The notes beneath the pieces are model-generated. The model was given only the letters and a program-made list of their open reading frames with translations, did not search any database and was not told the origin of the DNA. This document shows positions 58,872 through 64,000 of a stretch of DNA of 64,000 nt, in pieces. Numbering within the stretch: the first letter of the stretch is position 1; each line of letters starts with the position of its first letter. The position numbers and the translations under genes were made by a program. The stretch comes from Spirochaetia bacterium (GTDB lineage: Bacteria; Spirochaetota; Spirochaetia; SZUA-6; Bin103): assembly GCA_965203055.1 (NCBI GenBank), contig OZ241863.1, positions 2,592,001-2,656,000 of the forward strand, in the 5' to 3' direction.

Positions 58872-60722
58872 TCAGTCCGCGGCCGGCTTGAGCACCGCCA
58901 GGAACGCGGACTTGGGCAACTGCACGTCGCCGATCTGCTTCATCCGCTTCTTGCCCTCCTTCTGGCGCTCCAGCAGCTTGCGCTTGCGCGTGATGTCACC
59001 GCCGTAGCACTTGGCGGTAACGTCCTTGCGCACCGCGGACACGGTCTCGCGCGCAATGATCTGGCTGCCGACCGCCCCCTGGATCGGCACCTTGAACTGA
59101 TGGCGGGGAATCTCGTCTTTCAGGCGCCGGCACATCTCATGCGCGCGCTGGCGCGCGCTGTCGGTGAACACCAGTTGCGCCAGGGCATCCACGGCGCGGC
59201 CGTTGAGCAGAATGTCGAGCCGCACCAGACGGGAGGCGCGGTACCCGGTCAACTCGTAGTCGAATGACGCGTACCCGCGGCTGGCCGACTTGAGGGTGTC
59301 GTAGAACTCGTACACCACGTCGGCCAGCGGCATGTCGTATACCAGCTCCACGCGCCGCTCGTCCAGGTAATTCATGGCGTGCTGCACGCCGCGCTTGTCG
59401 AGGCACAGTCTGATCACGGCGCCGACATAGTCGGTCGGGGTGATGATGCTGGCGCGAATGAACGGCTCCTCGGCGTACTCCACCTGCGCGGGATCGGGGT
59501 AATCGAGCGGATTGTCGATCAGCAGCTCGCGGCCGTCCGTCGCCACCACGCGGTAGCGCACGGTCGGCACGGTGACGATTACCGCCAAGTCGAACTCCCG
59601 CTCCAACCGTTCCTGCACGATCTCCAGATGGAGCATGCCGAGGAAGCCGCAGCGAAAGCCGAACCCGAGCGCCGCCGAACTGTCCTTCTCGTAGCTGAGC
59701 GCGGCATCGTTGAGGGCCAGCCGGTCCAGCGCCGCGGTCAACTGGTCGTAATCGTCGGCATCCACCGGATAGACCGACGCGAACACCACCGGCTTGACCT
59801 CGCGAAACCCGGCCAGCGGCGCGCTGCACGGCGCGTCATCGGCGGTCACCGTGTCACCCACCCGGGCGTCCGCGATCCGCTTCACCCCGGCCACCACGTA
59901 GCCGACGTCGCCGGCAACCAGATGCGGCGTGCGCCGGGTAGTGCCGACGCCAAAGGTCCCGGTCTCCTCGACCGTATGGACGCCGCCCGTCGACCAGAAA
60001 CGCAGCGCCATGCCGGGCTCGATGCAGCCGTCGAACAGCCGGACGTGGATCACTACCCCCCGGTAGGGATCGTAGGCGGAGTCGAAGATCAGGGCGCGCA
60101 GGGGATCGTCCGCGCCGCCGCCGGGCGGCGGCACCTGCGTGACGATTGCCTCCAGCAGCTCGTCCATGCCGGTGCCGTGCTTGGCCGACACGCGGATGGC
60201 GCGGTCCGCATCCAGCCCGAGGTCGCGTTCGATCTGCTCCGCCAGCCAGTCGTAGTCCACCCCCGGCAGGTCGGTCTTGTTGATCACCGGAATGATCTCC
60301 AACTCCTGCTCCAGCGCCAGATAGAAGTTGGACAGCGTCTGCGCTTCGACCCCCTGCGTGGCATCGATCAACAGCAACGCGCCCTCGCACGAACTGATGG
60401 CCCGCGACACCTCGTAGGTGAAGTCGACGTGGCCGGGGGTGTCCACCAGGTTGAGGCGGTATTCGGTGCCGTTCACCCGGCAGGGAAGCGATACCGCCTG
60501 CGACTTGATGGTGATGCCGCGCTCCCGTTCGATCGGCATGGAGTCGAGCATCTGATCGTGGAAGTCACGTTCCGACACCATGCGGGCGCGCTGGATGAAG
60601 CGGTCGGCCAAGGTGGACTTGCCGTGGTCGATATGGGCGATGATGCAGAAATTGCGGGTGGTCCGGCGCGCCCTCCCGGCCTGATCCGCGCCGCCGGTCC
60701 CGCCGGTACCGCTAGAGAAAAT
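58872..60722 (-). CDS. lepA: Elongation factor 4 (LepA); start codon non-canonical or uncertain
   Basis: RNFCIIAHIDHGKSTLADR, ERGITIK, DTPGHVDF, GFRCGFLGMLH, KCYGGDITRK; frame extends upstream of the track start 60611 with no ATG/GTG/TTG. Confidence 0.93.
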   Translation of the reverse strand: MFSSGTGGTGGADQAGRARRTTRNFCIIAHIDHGKSTLADRFIQRARMVSERDFHDQMLDSMPIERERGITIKSQAVSLPCRVNGTEYRLNLVDTPGHVDFTYEVSRAISSCEGALLLIDATQGVEAQTLSNFYLALEQELEIIPVINKTDLPGVDYDWLAEQIERDLGLDADRAIRVSAKHGTGMDELLEAIVTQVPPPGGGADDPLRALIFDSAYDPYRGVVIHVRLFDGCIEPGMALRFWSTGGVHTVEETGTFGVGTTRRTPHLVAGDVGYVVAGVKRIADARVGDTVTADDAPCSAPLAGFREVKPVVFASVYPVDADDYDQLTAALDRLALNDAALSYEKDSSAALGFGFRCGFLGMLHLEIVQERLEREFDLAVIVTVPTVRYRVVATDGRELLIDNPLDYPDPAQVEYAEEPFIRASIITPTDYVGAVIRLCLDKRGVQHAMNYLDERRVELVYDMPLADVVYEFYDTLKSASRGYASFDYELTGYRASRLVRLDILLNGRAVDALAQLVFTDSARQRAHEMCRRLKDEIPRHQFKVPIQGAVGSQIIARETVSAVRKDVTAKCYGGDITRKRKLLERQKEGKKRMKQIGDVQLPKSAFLAVLKPAAD

Positions 60723-62550
60723 GGTTCTGCTCCAGTGGCGCCAGCAACAGCACGGACGCCTCCAGGTAGCCGGCGCGCCGTTGCTTGCTCAGTACCCGCA
60801 GGTAGGCCAGGCGCGCTGCCTCGTCGACGCCGAACTCCTCGATCCGCACCGGGTCGTCGACGGAGATGCGCGACTCGTCGGCAATCGAACCCGGCACCAC
60901 CCGAGTTACGCGGTGCTCCTCCCGCAGCAGCGTGCGGCCGATCCGTTCCACTCCGAGGCCGAACAGGGGCAGCAACACGTTGTCGCGCAGGTCGCGCTGC
61001 AACGCAACCTCGACCGGAGAGAACGGGCGCGGTTCCAGACGTACCAGCAGACTCCGCCGGCGCCCGTCACGCTGCGCCACGACCTCTACCAGGGTCGGCG
61101 CGTCGTAGCTCAACAGATGCCGCTGCACGCCGACCAGTCCCTCCACCGCGTGGCGCGCCACGCGTACCAGCCGGTCGCCGGCGGCAAGCCCGGCTCGGGC
61201 CGCCGGCGAGCCGGGCAGCACGTAGGTTACCACCACCGCGCCGCCGGCGCGGTGCGCGCTGACGCCGATCCACAGATGTTGCACGGCGCCGCCCCGGTAC
61301 AGCTTCGGCAGCACCCGCTGAATCCAGTGGGAGGAAACGCCGAAGTTGATCCCCTCGAACTGTTCCCATCCCGCAACGGTAATGCCGATCAACTCCCCGC
61401 GCTCGTCGAGCAGCGGCCCGCCGCTGTTGCCGGGGTTCAGCGGGGCGTCCACCTGCAGGGCCTCGCCCATCTGCAGAAAGCGCCGGCCGGTAGCAGAGAT
61501 GATACCGGAGGTGACGGTCTTGGACAGCGAGAGATCGCCGGGAGTGCCGATTGCCACCACCTTGTCGCCCGGAGCCAACGGGCCGGCGCCGGTCGAGCCG
61601 AACACGTGCCCCGGCTCCACCTCGGTCTTCAGCAGCGCCAGGTCGAAGATGCGGTCGTAGCCGACCACCTTGGCCGGCACCCGCTCATCGCCGCGCTCGG
61701 AGAGGCGGATGAACAGCCGCGAATAGCCCTCGTAGGTCGGGTCCACTTCGCTCCGAATGACGTGGTAATTGGTCAGCAAGTGGCCCCGGCGATCAATGAA
61801 GAACCCGCTGCCGATCACCCGATCGGGAATGCCCACGCCGCGGCGCAACTCGACGCCCCGGTCCACCCAAACGGTAACCGTCCCGCCGAGCAGGTCGGTG
61901 AACGGCGGCGGCGGCGGCGACTCCGGCAGCGCCGGCGCCAGCCCGCGCGCCGCGGCCGCCGCCGCCAGCGTCGTGAGGGCGCGCGCGTTGCCGGTACGCT
62001 CGGCCAGCCCGCCAAGCGCCTGCAGGTCCGCCGCCGTATAGGGCTCCCCCTCGGCTACGGCGCGCAGCCCCAGCAGCAGCGCGCTCACCTCCTGTCCGGC
62101 GGCGGCCAGGCGCTGCGCCGCGCGGCGGTACAGCTCGGGCAGCGACCTGCCGCCGGCGCTCCGAGCGGCGTTCGGCACGGCCGGCGCGGCGGCCGCCAGT
62201 GACCGCACCAGCGCGGCCGCGTCCAGAAAGCGCTGCTCTTGCCAGGCCAGCTCCAAGTCGTGGTTCATCGAGCGCAGCGCGGCGCGGCGCAGCCCGGCCA
62301 GGTCGGCGGCGGCCACCGGCGCCGAGGCGTCGGTTTCCAGGGCCCGGATACGCTGCATGGCGCGCAACGAGTTGCCGCCGGCGATCTGGCGCTCGATTTC
62401 CTCCGCGACGTAGGCGGTGGCCGGCGGCTCCGCCGTGCCGTCCCCGCCGCCGGCGGTGGCGCAACCGGCCAGCGCCAGCAGCGGCGCCAGCGCCCACGCG
62501 CCCGCCGCGCGGCGCGCCGGCGACCGCCGCCGGGCGCGCGGCGGTCCCAT
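60712..62550 (-). CDS. S1C (HtrA/DegP-like) serine protease with PDZ, probable lipoprotein
   Basis: LLALAGC lipobox, GSGF, LTNYHVI, DLALLK, NPGNSGGPL, PGSPAARAGL. Confidence 0.88.
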   Translation of the reverse strand: MGPPRARRRSPARRAAGAWALAPLLALAGCATAGGGDGTAEPPATAYVAEEIERQIAGGNSLRAMQRIRALETDASAPVAAADLAGLRRAALRSMNHDLELAWQEQRFLDAAALVRSLAAAAPAVPNAARSAGGRSLPELYRRAAQRLAAAGQEVSALLLGLRAVAEGEPYTAADLQALGGLAERTGNARALTTLAAAAAARGLAPALPESPPPPPFTDLLGGTVTVWVDRGVELRRGVGIPDRVIGSGFFIDRRGHLLTNYHVIRSEVDPTYEGYSRLFIRLSERGDERVPAKVVGYDRIFDLALLKTEVEPGHVFGSTGAGPLAPGDKVVAIGTPGDLSLSKTVTSGIISATGRRFLQMGEALQVDAPLNPGNSGGPLLDERGELIGITVAGWEQFEGINFGVSSHWIQRVLPKLYRGGAVQHLWIGVSAHRAGGAVVVTYVLPGSPAARAGLAAGDRLVRVARHAVEGLVGVQRHLLSYDAPTLVEVVAQRDGRRRSLLVRLEPRPFSPVEVALQRDLRDNVLLPLFGLGVERIGRTLLREEHRVTRVVPGSIADESRISVDDPVRIEEFGVDEAARLAYLRVLSKQRRAGYLEASVLLLAPLEQNHFL

Positions 62551-62587
62551 CACCGGCAGCGAACCGCGCGGCGGCCACTGCGGGCCG

Positions 62588-64000
62588 CTAGCTCGCCTTC
62601 TGGGAGGAATCTCCGGCGGTGGATGAGCGCGGTGGGAAGCCGAGCAGATCACGAATTTCGACATCGTCCAGGGTCTCTTTCTCGACCAGCGTCGTCGCCA
62701 GCAACACGAGCTGATCCTGATGCTCCCTCAGTACGTCGATGGCTCGCGTCAGGCGCGAGCTCACGATCTCGTTGACCTCGGCATCGATCACCCGGGCGGT
62801 CTCCTCGGAGTAGTCCTTGTGGCGGGCGATCTCCTTGCCCAGGAAGATCGGTTCTTCCTTCTGGCCGTAGGCGATGGGACCCAGGACCTCGCTCATGCCC
62901 CACTCGCAGACCATCTTGCGCGCCAGGTCGGTAGCCTGCTCGATGTCGTTCTGCGCGCCGGTGGTGGTCTCGGCGTAGATGATCGTCTCCGCCGCGTAGC
63001 CGCCCATGGTGATCGCTATGCGGTCCATCAGCCAGGCCTTGCCGCGCGAGTAGTAATCTTTTTCCGGCAGTGAAAACGCAATCCCGAGGGCGCGTCCATG
63101 AGGGACCACGGTCACCTTGTGGAACGGGTCGGCGTTTTCCAGATAGTAGTGCAGCAGGGCGTGCCCGGACTCGTGGTAGGCAATCATTTCCCGCTCCTTC
63201 GGCTCCACTATCTTGGAACGCCGCGCCACCCCCATCATGATCTTGTCACGGGCTTCCTCGAAGTCGATCATCTCGACCCGTTCCTTGCTCTTGCGGGCCG
63301 CCAACAGCGCCGCTTCGTTGACGATGTTGGCCAGATCCGCTCCCGAAGTCCCGCCGGTGGCGCGCGCCACGCGGTTCAAGTCGACTCCGGCCGCGATGGG
63401 AATCTTCTTGATGTGGATGCCGAGAATCTCCTCACGGCCGCGCACGTCCGGCATATCCACCACCACCTGGCGGTCGAACCGGCCGGGGCGCAGCAACGCC
63501 GGGTCCAGTACGTCGGGACGGTTCGTCGCGGCAATGATGATCACGCCTTCCTTGGTGTCGAAGCCATCCATCTCGACGAGCATCTGATTCAGGGTCTGCT
63601 CGCGTTCGTCGTGCCCCCCGCCGTAGCCCGCGCCGCGCGTGCGGCCGACGGCGTCGAGCTCGTCGATGAACAGGATGCAGGGGGCGTTCTTGCGTCCCTG
63701 TTCGAACAGATCACGCACCCGACTGGCGCCCACGCCGACGAACATCTCGACGAAATCGGAGCCCGACATGTGGAAGAACGGTACGTTGGCCTCGCCGGCG
63801 ATCGCCTTGGCCAGCAGAGTCTTGCCGGTGCCCGGCATACCCACCAGCAGCACGCCCTTGGGAATCCGCGCCCCCATCTTGGCGAACTTGCCCGGGTTCT
63901 TGAGAAACTCCACCACTTCCTGCAACTCGTACTTGGCTTCGTCCTGGCCGGCGACATCCGTAAAATTGATTTTCTTACTGGTGTCCACGTAACGCTTGGC
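62588..64000 (-). CDS. ftsH: ATP-dependent zinc metalloprotease FtsH (5' part outside window)
   Basis: [43 protein letters not shown]. Confidence 0.97.
   Translation of the reverse strand, partial: AKRYVDTSKKINFTDVAGQDEAKYELQEVVEFLKNPGKFAKMGARIPKGVLLVGMPGTGKTLLAKAIAGEANVPFFHMSGSDFVEMFVGVGASRVRDLFEQGRKNAPCILFIDELDAVGRTRGAGYGGGHDEREQTLNQMLVEMDGFDTKEGVIIIAATNRPDVLDPALLRPGRFDRQVVVDMPDVRGREEILGIHIKKIPIAAGVDLNRVARATGGTSGADLANIVNEAALLAARKSKERVEMIDFEEARDKIMMGVARRSKIVEPKEREMIAYHESGHALLHYYLENADPFHKVTVVPHGRALGIAFSLPEKDYYSRGKAWLMDRIAITMGGYAAETIIYAETTTGAQNDIEQATDLARKMVCEWGMSEVLGPIAYGQKEEPIFLGKEIARHKDYSEETARVIDAEVNEIVSSRLTRAIDVLREHQDQLVLLATTLVEKETLDDVEIRDLLGFPPRSSTAGDSSQKAS

Overview
High-GC bacterial chromosome segment. 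The core gene set and order (clpC-lolCDE-ftsY-PEGA-prfB, pcnB, hrpA, epmA-efp) suggest Spirochaetota, but this is an inference. It has two parts. (1) About 1-29,200 is a defence island built on a class I DISARM scaffold: drmMI-like adenine methylase at 2736-6683 and drmA/drmB/drmC at 21430-28613. Cargo fills its gene junctions: tandem ABC-ATPase+PIN modules, a 3-TM protein + ThsB-like TIR, ABC-ATPase + DUF4276-like TOPRIM, a KAP NTPase coupled to an effector-less NACHT-LRR with a 66-bp tandem array, an AbiE type IV TA, ATPase-PD-(D/E)XK, a Schlafen-deleted HATPase protein, an interrupted ParA, an ATPase wedged between drmA and drmB, and a truncated HEPN at the right edge. (2) About 29,250-64,000 is housekeeping DNA, including prfB with a +1 frameshift cassette, tRNA-Asp/tRNA-Pro, lepA without a canonical start codon, and partial ftsH. 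No integrase, transposase, rRNA or CRISPR array is visible. All calls come from motif recognition by eye; no searches were run.
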